DNA from: Camelus dromedarius
Taxonomy: Eukaryota
NCBI RefSeq assembly: GCF_036321535.1
Contig: NC_087460.1
Location: 5,022,001-5,086,000, forward strand
Length of the DNA: 64,000 bases
Direction of reading: 5' to 3'
Part shown: piece by piece, positions 1-17,985 of the stretch
Numbering within the stretch: the first letter of the stretch is position 1
Layout: each line of letters begins with the position of its first letter
The notes under the pieces: model-generated
Databases searched by the model: none
What the model was told of the DNA's origin: nothing
The model's input: only the letters and a program-made list of their open reading frames with translations
Position numbers and translations under genes: made by a program

Positions 1-24
1 CTGACTGTGCCACACAGCAATCTG

Positions 25-350
25 CATTCATTCATTCATTCATCACTCCTTCAGACCCTGGTCATGGACTGTTCCATGTGCTAGAGAGATGGCAGTGAAC
101 AAAACAAAGAAAATCCCCATTCTCATGTAGCTTACGTTCTAGTTGGGGGGTACAGACAATTATCAGTGATCACAATAAGTAAATGTATAAAGCATGTTAA
201 AAGGAGATAGGTGCTATGGAAAAATAGATCACAGTGAAAGGAATGGGGGTGATTTCAAACAGGTTGGTTAGGATAAGTGTCATTGGGAAGTTGACATTTG
301 AGCAAAGACTTGGAGGAGGAGAGTGAGCGAGCCATGTGGATTGCTGGGCA
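25..350 (-). mobile_element. LINE-2 (L2) 3' fragment, degraded
   Basis: Begins with (CATT)n, the reverse of the L2 TGAA tail, followed by L2-like body; boundaries approximate. Confidence 0.6.
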
Positions 351-568
351 CCCTCATTCTCTCCTCAAAGCCTTAGGTGGACACGTCCATCAGGCCCCTG
401 GACCACCAGACCACTTGCCCCGGAGCCCAGGAGGTGTGAAGTCTGGAGCTGTCCCTCTGCACACCCACCTGGTGTTAGAGAAGATGATGCAGAGGCTCCC
501 CAAATTCCTGCTCTACTGCTGAACAGCCAGAGCTGCCCTTTGAACTCTTGACATTCTCCTTCTCTCAG

Positions 569-3270
569 GGAACCACATCCGTGTGGTGACAGGTCTGGAC
601 CCCCAAAAGCTGATCAGCCTGCACACACTGGAGCTTCGGGGGAACCAGCTGGACAGCACCCTGGGAATCAACCTTCCTAAGCTGAAGAACCTCTTCCTGG
701 TAGCTCACTGGGTCAGAGTGGGGCTGGTACTGGGAAGGGGGTGCCTGTCCTGGGGGCCAGGATGCCTGACTTCTACTTGATTCACCTACTAACTTCATCA
801 TCATTTACTGAGCCCTTACTGGGTGCCAGATGCTGTAGGGATGCAAAGTCAAAACAGACAAGGTGCCTACCACTGAGCGGGGCTGACAACACACACTGTG
901 TAGATAATACAGAGACAGTTTACTCTGATCCAGGCAGTAGCATAATGTGTACGACTGAGGTACAGACATCAGGCTAAGGAGGCCACTTCTGTGTCTAGTC
1001 TTTTAGACTCTTGAGCTTCTTCATTCCAGGATGGTGCTGAAGCCGTTGCTCCTCAGTGGAGCAGTGAGGACACTTGGGCGGGGGGATGGGTTGAAGCATC
1101 TCTGTAATCAGAGGCGGCTATGGTGGGATGGGCAACAGGGGTTTATGGCTGACCTTCCTCTGGGCCGGCAGCTTCTCCTGAATTCTATATTCCCTGCACT
1201 GATCTCTGCCCACCTCCACTCCCCTCCTGCACCCTCCCTCTCCACCTCGTAGATTTGCTCTTTTGCTGCATCTCTTTCTGATTTCTCTTCCTCCCCGCTC
1301 CCTCTCCCCTCTCCCAATCCATCTGCTATACCCTGGGGCTAGGCTCAGAACATGCTGAAGAAGGTGGAAGGCTTGGAGAACCTAAGCAATCTCACTACCT
1401 TGCATCTTCGAGACAACCAGATTGAAACTCTGAGTGGCTTTTCCAAGGAAATGAAGTCACTGCAGTATCTCAACCTAAGGTATGCACCCCCTTTAGGTCC
1501 CACCTTGCTCCTGCCCCAGTCAGGAGCCTTGTGTTCCTCCCTGGTCCCAATCCCTGAGTCCTAGCCTACTCCCAGATTCTTATCTCATCCTCTATCCTGA
1601 TCCTTACCCCCCTTTCCTTAATTTCTTCTGCATTCAGTCCTGACTGCAGCTCCAAGACCTTTATAGTCTGAGCTCCCTGAGCCCTATTCATTCAATCCAC
1701 GGTTACTGAGAATGTGCTATGTGCCAGGCCTTGGGCTGTGTGTCAGGAACCATCTAAAGGAGTCAGAGATGGTCTCTGTTCTCAGGGGACTCACAGTCTG
1801 GCTCCAAGTCTGTTTTCTTGGTCCTATCCCATAGAAGTTTCCACTGCCCTTCTCCATCTCCTGGACCTCAATTCTTCCAATTTCCTGCCTCTCTTCTCCC
1901 GAGCCCCACCTGTAAGGGATGGCCCCACATTGATATAAAACACAAGGTGTGCTCAGCTTTGAGGAGAGGAGTATTTAAAAGAAAATTCCTAGGTGGAGAG
2001 GCGCTGAGGAGCAGGCGATTTTCTTTCAGCAGCTCCTGTCTGGTGGCGGATGTTACGTGTGTTTCTTTAAACAAAGATGTAAAGAAATTTCCTCTTTAGT
2101 CAACGAGGCCAAATGGCCAAATCTTCGAGGCTGGCAATGGAAAGAGACTCTCCAAGTAGGGAGGGGTGGTTGTACCTTGAAGCCCTGAGTCCTGGAGTGA
2201 TCGCACAGTGGTCTGGTGGGGTGGAGGGGCTGCTGTTTTCCTGTTAATGGTCTAGACAGGGATAACGGACCTTCCTCACTGGCTGTCAACCAGGGATGTT
2301 TGGAAGCAAGTGGAGGGAGAGGGTTTGTCTCAGTCAGTGACCGGGAGGTGCCTCTGGGGCGAAAGACCTGCAACGCACAGGACAGCTGGGGACCAAGTGC
2401 GTGTAGCTCTCCCATGAGAAGCACCGCGCAAGGTTCAGCATCTCTCTGAGATAAGGCTGAAACGTGGAAGCCTAATTTCATAAAGGAGTGAGGCAAGAGC
2501 AAGGAAATAAAAGCAGAGTCTTGTACAATTTACACACACCCGAGGGGAGGACGCTTGCTCTTCAGGCTGGGAGGCCCCAACCCACCCCTAGCTCTAAGCT
2601 CCTTCCTGTGGGAGCCCCAAACCTCTGACTAGGTGTGATGACACAGAAGAAATCTGTCCCTGAGAGGGAGACTCCCCCCTCCTCCCCAACTGTTAGACAG
2701 GGTTGAGACCTAGCTCTGCTGCTCCAAGAGGATAAATACGACACATTCCAGAATAGACAGTGGCACCTAGAGATTCCTTGAAGGGCAGAAGCAGGACAGG
2801 AGTGGGGTTGGATGGCATCTCAACAGCGAATCTGGCTATGTTTGGCGGGCCAGCCCACAGAGGCCACGTTTCTAGAGAAACCGGAGCCCAGCGGGAGATT
2901 TGCCCCAAGACCCCATTCCTGGCAGTTGGTCTCCAAAGCCCACAGTTCCCTGGTGAACCCCTCCTGACTGCACCGCACCGGCAGGGGCAACATGGTGACT
3001 GACCTGCGGGAGCTAGCCCAGCTGCGGGACCTGCCCAAGCTTCGCGCCTTGGTGCTGCTGGACAACCCGTGCACAGATGAGAACGACTACCGCCAGGAGG
3101 CCCTGGTGCAGATAGCACAGCTCGAACGCCTGGACAAGGACTTCTATGATGAGGAGGAGCGGGCTGATGCCGATGAGATCCGTCAGAGGCTGAAGGAGGA
3201 GCAGGAGCAGGAGGCTGAGCCTGAGCCCGAGCCCGAGCCAGAGCCAGAGCCTGAATCCGAACAGGACTAG
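569..3270 (+). CDS. LRRC23: Leucine-rich repeat-containing protein 23, last three coding exons (5' end outside window)
   Basis: Exons 569-699 (GNHIRVVTGLDPQKLISLHTLELRGNQL), 1343-1479 (AQNMLKKVEGLENLSNLTTLHLRDNQI), 2985-3270 (GNMVTDLRELAQLRDLPKLRALVLLDNPC...TAG); AG/GT boundaries, compatible phases, LRR LxxLxLxxN pattern; directly upstream of ENO2. Confidence 0.95.
3217..3252 (+). repeat. Coding hexamer repeat (GAGCCN)6 encoding (Glu-Pro)6
   Basis: gagcct gagccc gagccc gagcca gagcca gagcct read directly. Confidence 0.9.
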
Positions 3271-4186
3271 TTATTGATCTAGCGGTTCTGGCCTCCAGGG
3301 ATAGTAAGAAAGTGGGGCAGGGAGGCAGGAAGAGGAGGCTGGGGTCTGCAGATGGGGAAGAGGAGGAGTGGCCGTAGGAGGAGGGGGTGAAGAAGGCATA
3401 GCCAAGGAGAACCCTAACCCTAACCCTGGGTTAGGAGCCAGGGGTGTCCCAGGGTCAGGAGAAGGAGCCAGAAGGGCCTGGGAGGAGCTGAAAAAGGCCG
3501 AGGAGATACATCAGGAGGCCTAAAGAGTAAGTGAAAAGAATCCGGGTGGCAGGCAGAAGTGGTGGTGTGGGCTGGGCAGCCACACCTGACTCAGAGTGGA
3601 GATCAGCCGGAAAGGCTAGGCTGGGGCATGGTGAGGGGTGGGCTAGGGGCAGTGTATGAGGATGTGGGCTGGGTCTAGGGGAGGGGAAGAGGGGAAGATC
3701 CTGTACAATTATCTGAAGCTAAAAATAACAGGACACAGGGGCAGAAGGAAGAAAGGAGGGCAGGGTGAGGCAGAAAGAGATGGAGGTGATGAGTCCAGGG
3801 AAGGGTGGCAGCTGGCACTCCAGATGGGGCAGGGGCAGCAGTGGGAGAGCAGCAGGGCCCAAAGGCTTGGCTTCTGTCCCCTTCCTCCAGGAGAGCAAAG
3901 ATGCTGGTCCCAAACTGAGAAGACTCCCAGTTACAGGAGCCACCACACGCACACCCCTCATCCGGAGCGGAGGCTGCCTTCTCCTGCCTCAGGCCTGGAA
4001 ATCTATCACAGCCTGGCGCCCAGGATCTGTATGGGACACCTGGGCAGCGGTGCTTAGGCAGGGGGCAGCCTTCAGGCAGGTCTGCTGGGAGTCAGGCCTG
4101 GATGGGCCAAGGGGATGCTGCAAGAATAGGCTGTGGAGGAGCTTCGGAAGCGGCGGCCTGGGGTGTTAGGAACAGCTCGGTTTTCC

Positions 4187-4192
4187 AATAAA
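4187..4192 (+). terminator. Probable LRRC23 poly(A) signal AATAAA
   Basis: AATAAA followed by T/GT-rich sequence; a 3' UTR intron (donor GTAAGA at 3304, acceptor near 3890) is plausible. Confidence 0.7.
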
Positions 4193-4379
4193 GAGACATT
4201 TTGATACTCTTGTGTCTGACCGGGTTTGTGAGACACTGAGTCTATGGTGGGCTTCACTGGCGTGAGGCTGAGACTGTTACTTTACTGGGGGTCGGTGTGT
4301 GGGTATGAATGCAGGTGGGCGGTGGGAGGCCAGGTCCTGAGTCGCCCCCAGCCCCTCCCCCATCACTCTCCCCGAGCCC

Positions 4380-4800
4380 TCCCCACCCCACCCCATCGGT
4401 CCCCCACCCCCGTCGGTCCCCCACCCGCGCTCCTACGTGCGCCTCCGCCGGCGGCTCCTGACTCATCGGGGGCTCCGGGTCACATGCGCCCGCCCGGCCC
4501 TATCGGCGCCTCCTCTCGCCCGCCGCCCGGGAGCCGCAGCCGCCGCCGCCGCCACTCCCGCTCTCTCTGCGCCGCCGCCGCCGCCGCCACCGCCAGCACC
4601 GCCGCCAGAGGCTGGGTCTGCAGCCCTGAGGTGAAGCCCCGGCGGAGCCCCGCGCCCCTCCGCCCCCTTCCCTCGCCGCTGCGCCCCCGCCCCTCTTCCC
4701 CTGCCTCGCGCATCCCTTGCCCCGCGGCGCTGCGCACCTGCTCCATCACCCGCGCCTCCCCGGCACCCCTCCTTCCCTGGCATCCCCGGCCGGTCGGTTT
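4380..4800 (+). promoter_or_regulatory. ENO2: ENO2 CpG-island promoter and non-coding exon 1 (about 4423-4630)
   Basis: CpG-dense; GCC-rich leader ending GAG|GTGAAG at 4630/4631; TACGTG at 4434-4439, TGACTCA at 4459-4465; extent judged by eye. Confidence 0.8.
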
Positions 4801-5785
4801 CAGGCTGTCGCCCCTTCCTCATTAGGGCGCCAGGCCTCTCCACACCTGTGTGTCTCTAACTGCGCCTTTCTCTACCCTTGCCTGCCCCCTCCCCATGCCC
4901 GTCTTCGCCTCTGTCGATGTTTTAAATTCATGGTCTCTCAGGACTGTGCATTTTTATCCTGGCATGTCCCTTGGCTTTGCATCGGGGAAATGTCTTCTCT
5001 CATCCTTCCTCAGCATCCCCAGACTTCCTCTAGACCCCCTCTCTCCCACTCCTCCCCCGCATTGCCTTCTCCCATTACGGTGCTGCTCTCCACTGCACGG
5101 GGAAGGGATGGGAGGCGGGGGGAATTTGCCTAGGGGTCGAGGGGAGGGCTGGCCCAGGTTTGCCTCTCCCCACGGATCTCTCCTCCCCCTCCCTTCCGAC
5201 TGCAACCCCCAGAGACTGAGGACCCTCTCTCCAGACTTCTCTACTGTACATCTCTCCGGAAGAGGAGGGACGTACGTTTGGAGAGAGATTGGGACCCAGG
5301 AGTGGGGGCTGGGGTGTTAAATTGGCTGAGATGGGGGCTCCGGAGGACAGGCCCCAGCTGTCCAGGCAACCCATGTTCTGGCTCCACGGAGACATGCAAG
5401 GCTGGCAGCCACACGGCTCTGAGGCGATCTGGGGGAACCCCACCGCCGGCTGCTGCTGCAGCTGCCGAGGGGGCGAGGAAACCGCTGCCCCTCCCCTCCT
5501 CACTGCGGTGTCCTCCCTTCTCGGCGTTTACTCTTACCCCGCCCCCCACCGCAGTGACCTCCCCTTCTTCACTGCTTTGACCTTCTCCTCTCCCCACGGC
5601 GGGGGGGATCCCTTCTACAGCCGACGGCCGCAACCTGCTCCTCCCCACCCCCACCCACTGCAGTACCCACTTTCCCATCCCTCCCAGCCTCCCACCGTCC
5701 GGCCCCTCCCACTGATATCAGGCTCCACCCCTCTAAGCCTCTTAGCTTTCTCCTTCCTTCCCTTCCACCTAAGATCCCAGCCATC

Positions 5786-11098
<5,313 letters not shown>

Positions 11099-11923
11099 TT
11101 CCCCTACCGGCCTGGAGACTTGGAACCCCTCACCCCTCCTCCTGGAAGCTCTTCCTTCTGGTCCTGCTCGAAATTTCACCCCAGACACCCCAGCTGACCT
11201 GCTGCGATGCTTCTTGGCTGGTCCAGCCCCTGCTGTCTCCGCTCGCCCGTCTCTGGGTTCCACACTCTCCACTCCTTCCTTTCCATTCTCCCTCCTCAAA
11301 AACTGGCCATGGACTGAGGGTTTTAAGGGCGTCCACGGAGGGCCGATCAGGGTCTGAGACGGAGTGTCAGGGTCAGTTGCTGTGGTATTTGTTTACAGAG
11401 GGGGCATGCGTCACGTGTCCTTTGTGCTGGTCGTGTTTCTGTAATCTGTATGAGGCAGAACTGCGCTGAGTGCTGAGTGGAGGGGAGGTCTGTGCTGGCT
11501 GCGTGCTCGTGCCTGGCCGAAGGAGGCTCTAGGGTAATATTTATTCATTTATTTATTTTTCATTCATCTTGTTAGTTAATGAATCACTTCCCCATAACTC
11601 CAGGGCCAGAGACCGGCCTGACTGGAGGGGGTTGTGTGTCTGTATTTCATGTGACTGTAGATTCCCAGATGGCCTGGGGTGGGAGTCTTGCTGGAACGGG
11701 AAGGGTAACTGAATGATGACAGTTCCTGTGTGTTCCAAGCCTTAACTGCAGCCTGGCTCCGTCCAGAGGTGGGGCTGTGCGCCTGGGGGCTCTCCCCCAT
11801 TCCTCTCTCCCCGGCCGTCGCTTCCCCGTTCTTCCTCCAGCTGTACCCCAGCACTGTCTCACTCCCCTCCGTGCCGTGTTCCACAGCTGCCAGCACCTCT
11901 GTGGCGTTGAAATGAGCACCACC

Positions 11924-11929
11924 ATTAAA
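11924..11929 (+). terminator. Probable ENO2 poly(A) signal ATTAAA
   Basis: ATTAAA about 830 nt after the stop, followed by GT-rich sequence. Confidence 0.7.
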
Positions 11930-14900
11930 GTCTGAGTCACCGTGCATTAGTGTGTCTGAGGAGTCTTACTCTAGTCTACACAAGAGGACAGAAGATGGAG
12001 CTCCTGGAAATCGGTGAAACTGGATAGCAGAGCTGGGGCGGAAACAAAAAGAGGAAGAAACCCAACAAACACGGCCAGGAGGATGGCACTGCCTACCCTG
12101 CCCTGGCCAGGTGGGGAGCACGTTGCCTTGCCTTAGCAGCAAGCCTGGGCGCCAGAACCCAGGTGAATTAGGGGTTCTTAACCTGGGGTCCAGGAATCCT
12201 AAAAGGATCAAAAATTTTGTGCTTATGCATTTTTGGAGAAAAGGGCCCAAAGTATTTCTGGATTGGCCAAGGGCCTTGACCAAAGAAGGAATGAGGCTGG
12301 AGCAGCTCCTTACTGGCCCTCTCCCAGACACCATCTTGGCTGCTTCTGGGACAGGACAGCCCAGCCCAGGCAGCACCCCTGCAAGGTGGGGACCTGGGGA
12401 GGGAAGAATGGACCAGGGGGCCTGGAGGAGGCCTGAGGAAACTCAGCCTTCCAGTAAACGGGAGGTTTAGGACCTGGAGGGCTGGGTCAGCCTGCCGGTA
12501 GGATGCTGGTGTGTGGCCAGAGACCCACTGTCAGTCTTCAGCTCCAGCAGGGCCTCAGTGTTGAGATGGGAACCCAGAACCCCCTGGGGGAGAAGCCCCC
12601 TCACAGGGCTGGGATACCAGGGCTCAGCTGGTTCAGGCGGTGGGGAGCTGCGGCCACTAGAGGGAGTAAAGGTTCTGCAGGACGTGGCCTGCACCCGGGC
12701 CAGGGGTGAGGTGGGAGGAATTTCAAGGTTGCTCCCTCTGTGGGCCTCCCACTCTGTTTCTTCTCTGAGTTCTGGTTCTGGGCCCCCTCTGCCATCCTGC
12801 TGGGCTCCAGGACTGGAAGAGGATTGCAGTTCTGTACAGGGAGGACCCGTTTCTCTGCTTTTCTCTTTCCTATGTTGCTGACAACTCAGCCATTTTCAGT
12901 TCAAATATCTCCTTGCCCTCTCTAAGCCTCTTCACTCCAGTGGGGGCATCTCAGCTTTCCCTTCTCTGCTGTCTACTGTGCCCCTTTCTGTTTCCCTTGG
13001 GCACGGTGTGCTTTTCTGGGGTCCATCATGTCTGCTGTTCTTCAGTAATCTTGGACTGACCAGGGCCCTTCTGGTTGGAGCCACATTTCCTAACCTCTGC
13101 CCTTTCCTCCCTCCTTTGCTAGGTGGCCTTCTCTGGCAGCCACCCCCTCAACCCCCCCTCAACTACTCCCCCAATCCAACCCCTCAGGTACTGGGTTGGA
13201 TTGGGTTACAGCTAGCTCTGCCTGGGCCTCCCAGGCCCCTCTCACCACTTTCTTTCTGTGCCGTTGCCTGGAGACCAGTGGGTTGTGGGGAGCTGGGGCC
13301 AGAGAGGGAGCTGGAGTGAGGGATGATGGGGTGTGTGTGATGCTCCCTGAAGCAGAATTGGGAGCCTGGGTCCCAGGTAGGGGAGGAACTGGAAGGAGTA
13401 GGCCCTGCCTTCTCTCCTCACTCTCCCCACCCCCTGTTCCTATCAATGCCTAAATTTTTCTTTTAGGCTCAGATGTGTCACCATCCTAGCCCATCCCTTA
13501 GTGGTTAAAAAAGGAGGGAGAAGAGCTCTGCCTGGGAGCTGGGAAGGGCCTGGGCCAGAGCCCAGTGGGGGACTGCACTGAGAAGTGCAAAGAGGAAACG
13601 CAGTGGGGGGCGGGGAGGTGGGGAGGAGTCTTGGAACAAAATTGGGGGGTGTGGAGGAGGAAGGGAGTGGGCAGTGGGGTGGGGTGGGGCGGAGCTCTGT
13701 GGAAGGCCCTGAGGGATGCGGAAGGTGGGCCTGGGGTAATAAAGTGAGTGCCAACCAATTCAAGTGTCTGAAGAGTGGTGATTCATTCCTAGGCCAAGGA
13801 AGCCTTCCGGCTCAGGTCCCCAGTGCTTTAGAATCCGTTTAGAGCTTTTGGGTATTGCTAGAACTTGGCTGAGCCTGGCCCTAAGAAATATGAGGCAAAA
13901 TCTACTAGTTGCTACAAAGCCAACCTCCTTTCTTTCCAGAAGGCTGGCGGGGTTCTGCCTTCAGGGCCCTCCCTCTGCCTCTAGCCAGCTTGGCTACACA
14001 CACCCCCCACCCCCACCCCAAATCTGGAGCGCTATTGAGGGCTCTCGATCCAGATCCAGACTCCGGCTCCAGCTCTTCCTGTTTCCCAGCCTGCCTCCCT
14101 CCGGTTCTCCCGGGCCTTCCCAATCTCAGCTGCCAAAAATCACCCAGCATCTAGTGTCCTTTGTCCTGGGAGATGTTGCAGTTTGGTATGGGACAGGGAA
14201 AGGGCTCAGAAGACACTGGTGGTGGACTGGGGGTTGCTGGCTTCATGGCTGAAGATGGAATGGTGGGGACTGTCAGAGTCAGAGGCTGCCTGGAAGGCGG
14301 TGCCCGGAGGAGGAAGAGCCCGCAGGAGGAAGAGCCCGCAGTCTGTGGAGGGATTGTCTCCACATTAGTGACTGCGACTGGGGAACCAGGGCACCTGGGG
14401 TTGTTTCCACACTAATCCCCACCTGACCCGACCCTGTGGCCCAAAGTACCATGAGTGATGACTTTGAACAGATTTGAGAAGGAAAATGGAGCTACAGCCT
14501 GGCAGAGGGCCTGAGGATGGTGTCCCACTCCTATAAACGAACGCCTTCCCTACACTGGGGCTTGGCCTCCCCATCACTGACCTTCCCTCCTCCATACTGC
14601 CACCAAAGGCCTTGTCTATCTTAAATTTCCTTCTAATCTTTACCCAGACCTCTCCACCTCCACCTCATTCTATCTACTTGGTCTTACCCACCCTCCTCAG
14701 CCCTTTTAGAAACCCTAACCCCCAGAATCCAGGGTGTCTTCCACCCTCCAGTCCCGCCCAGAACGTGGGCCCTCTGGAATATGCATCTGGTCCCACCTCC
14801 TTCATCCTTTCTTAAGGTTCCTCTTGCTTTCCCTTCTCTTCACATGACATCTCTAGACTTGTCACTCTTCCATATCCTTACATTCCCTAGTCTTTCCCCA

Positions 14901-15199
14901 ACACCAATCACCCCCAAACTCTTCACTCTGGTCCAGAAACCCCATCCTCCTGTATGTCTCCATCTTTTTAATTTCTTCCCCTCCTCATAACCCCAAACTT
15001 CCATCCCATTCTCTCACAGTTGCCCCCCAAACCTCTCCTGCTACGTGTCTACCAGAGACGCTGTCACCCCAACCTTCTTTCACCTCCCCTTGTCACACAC
15101 CTCACTGCCCCCAGGAAGCTCCATGCCTCCAGTCTTACCCCAGTCTCTGCCACAACCTCCCACCTCACCTCTGCCACCCACCCTTGGCCCCCAAACTTT

Positions 15200-16260
15200 C
15201 CCCAGCCTCCGCCACATCTGCCCTTACAGCCCACGGCCCCTCCTACCTAGCCCTCTATGGCGCCAGGCCCGCGGGCTCCCCGCATTCCGCCTCGGCGAAC
15301 CCCTCCCCGCGCCCCGGCCCCCTAGGCCTCGGTCTCGGCCAACTCGCACGGCGCCTCCCCCTCTCCCCTCCCCTCGCCGCTCGCCTTGCGCTCCCTCCCT
15401 CGCGGCNNNNNNNNNNNNNNNNNNNNNNNNNNNNNNNNNNNNNNNNNNNNNNNNNNNNNNNNNNNNNNNNNNNNNNNNNNNNNNNNNNNNNNNNNNNNNN
15501 NNNNNNNNNNNNNNNNNNNNNNNNNNNNNNNNNNNNNNNNNNNNNNGCCCGCCCGCAGCCCCGCGTCGGGCCGGGGCCTCGGGCCGGGACCCGTTTCGGG
15601 GGGACCGCCGGCCTCGGGGAGGGGCCAAGAGGGGGGCGAGGGAGACGACCGCCCGGGAAGGGGCGGGGGCCGCGGGCGGAGGCCGCCTAGGGGGCCCGGG
15701 ATCGCGCGAGTGCGGGCTGCGCGGGGCGGGCGCGGGCAGCGGGCGGGAGGCGGCGGCTCCGAGCCGCGCAGAGGGCCGGCCGGGCCGCGGGGGCGGGCGG
15801 ACGGCGCAGCGGGGGCGGGCGGCGCGGCCCGGGCGTTCCGGGCGGTCGGGGGAGGCGGCGGGCCTGGGGAGGGGCCGAGCGAGAGCGGGGATAGGGATTT
15901 GCTCCGAGGGCCGGCGGGCGATCCGGGCCAGGTAGGGGAAAAAGGGGGATGGGGGCCACCCTCCGGGGGGGTCGGGGCCGCCGCCGCCGCCGTCGCGGCG
16001 GGGACTGAAGCCGGGAAGAGGAGAGGGGGGCGGGGGAGCGGCTGCCGCCGCCCCCCGGAGGCGCCGGAGCCCCGAATCCTGCTTGGAGCCAGCCAGCCGT
16101 CCGGAGCTACAACCAGGTAAGATCTGCTGCCGCCCGGGCCTCGGGCCCGCCCGGGTTCTGGCCCGCGGCTCCCCACCCCCACCCCCACCCCTTCCAGTTC
16201 CCCCTCCCGCCACCGCCGCCTCCATTTGTTATTTTCTCGATCCGGTCCCCCACTGCGGGG
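15200..16260 (+). promoter_or_regulatory. ATN1: ATN1 CpG-island promoter with non-coding first exon (donor CAG|GTAAGA at 16116/16117)
   Basis: Very GC/CpG-rich, many GGGCGG boxes, strong donor; partly hidden by gap 15407-15546. Confidence 0.75.
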
Positions 16261-17809
16261 ACTGCCTGGCCTGAGGCTGGGGGCTCAGGGGGTGGGGCCG
16301 GCCCCCGTGGAGGGATGGGGGCCAGGACATCTGGAGGATCGGGAAGGTGGGGGGAGGTGGGAGGGTCTCACGAGGAGGGCTGATGCGGGGGAGGGTAGCC
16401 AGGACTCCGGGACCCAGAAAGGGACCCCGAAGTGGAAGGCTGGCGGAGGAAAAATGGGATGCCAGTGAGGGGGCAACGGAGCGAAGGCAAAAAGGAATGG
16501 AGAGATGGCAACGAGGTGGGGCGTGAGGACTCCAGGAAAAGCCCCAAAGGCCCAGATCTCAGGTTTTAGAGCCCAATTTCGGGGTGCTAGGTATAGAAGG
16601 GAGGTGGGAAATGGGGAAGGGGTGTGGTAAGTGGAAAGAGAGGGCTTATAGTTGATGAGAGAGGAGAATGGAACCGGGAAAGGGCCGATGAGAGGGCCAC
16701 CTTTGAGAAGAAGAGCCCGAGGTCGACCCTGGTGGGAGTGGGAAGGAGATGCCTTTGTGACTCAGTTTTCTTTCCCCTACTCCAGGTCACCTCTAACCTT
16801 GTTTTTCCAATCCCAGACATAGGTACTTCTTGGAGAGGGGCACACTGGGGCCCAGCAGTGTGGGTCCTCCCGCAACTGAGGAGGAGGAAGATGGGAACAC
16901 TGAAGGGAGAGTTAAGGAGGAAGGGCTTCTGGCAGGGTGGAAACAGGAGAGAATTGGGCAGTCTTACAGGCACTCCAAACAAGTTGTGACCCCCACCCTC
17001 AAATCATCAGAGCACCCACTGCCCCTCTGGCTGTGGTTTCCTTAAGAGGGGGTGGATCTTCTTTACTGTTTTGAGCTCAAAGATTTCCCTTTGTGCATGG
17101 ACTTGTTTCTACTGGGGTAGGTACTCTTAAGCTCCCTTCCCTGCGGGTGCTATAGGGAGATAGGAGTTGCTTTGGCAACTGGAGGGGAGGTGGCTGGCAC
17201 ATAGACCCCTTGGGATGGATTCTTGAGGGGCAGGTTCTGCCATTTCGTTGCCATGGCAATGATCCAGCAGGATGTCCAGTAGATGAGGGTTCAGAATCTA
17301 GACTGGGCCTCAGCCTTTGACTGTGTCCTTGGGACTCTTGACTGGGTTCTGGAGGATGTTTCTGGTGCTGCTGGTGGAGAGGAGATTCCCCAGGGGGTCC
17401 ACCCCCTTCCATCTAGTAATCTTTGGGAATATGTAGACATGTTACTTGCAGGTCATGGGTGTTTCTCCAAGTCCCTCCTCTAGGCATGGTGGGAGGATGG
17501 AAATCCTCCTGTACCAAGTTATACCATCCTTTGGCAGTTCTTTCTGGCCTCTACCTCCTTCATTATTAGGGACTTTTTGTATACAGTAATCGTTTTTGCT
17601 TATTTGCACAGATACTCTTCCATATTCATAAACTTGAGTCTTCCTTCCTGAGTATCCCTTTTCCTCTTTCCCAGACTATCTCTACAATGATCCCTTCCCC
17701 CAGCTAACCTTCGACCTTCTGTTTCTCTGACCTTATAGGAATGGCTGGGCTCTCCATGCCCATCCCAGGGGAGGGTGGCTCAGGGGAGAGGGCTGTGGAA
17801 CAGCCTGGT

Positions 17810-17985
17810 GCAGTGGAAATATTCAGGAACAGGAGCCAGCAGACCTGGGTCTAGTCCTGGCTGGACCTCTAACTGTGACCTTGGGCAAGTCACTTCTTTC
17901 TTTGAGCCTCCACTTTATTGTCAGATAAAGGGGTTATAGATAAGATGATATCTGAGGCCGCTCTGACAACTGTGGATTCTAAGGC
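17810..17985 (+). mobile_element. MIR SINE
   Basis: agacctgggtctagtcctggc...tgtgaccttgggcaagtcactt...tgagcctc matches MIR; approximate. Confidence 0.65.

Noticed and set aside
15045-16225. Long ORFs of 244-333 aa on both strands over the ATN1 promoter
   Set aside because: GC-rich CpG island with few stop codons; low-complexity Gly/Pro/Arg/Ala translations, several running through Ns; no recognisable domain
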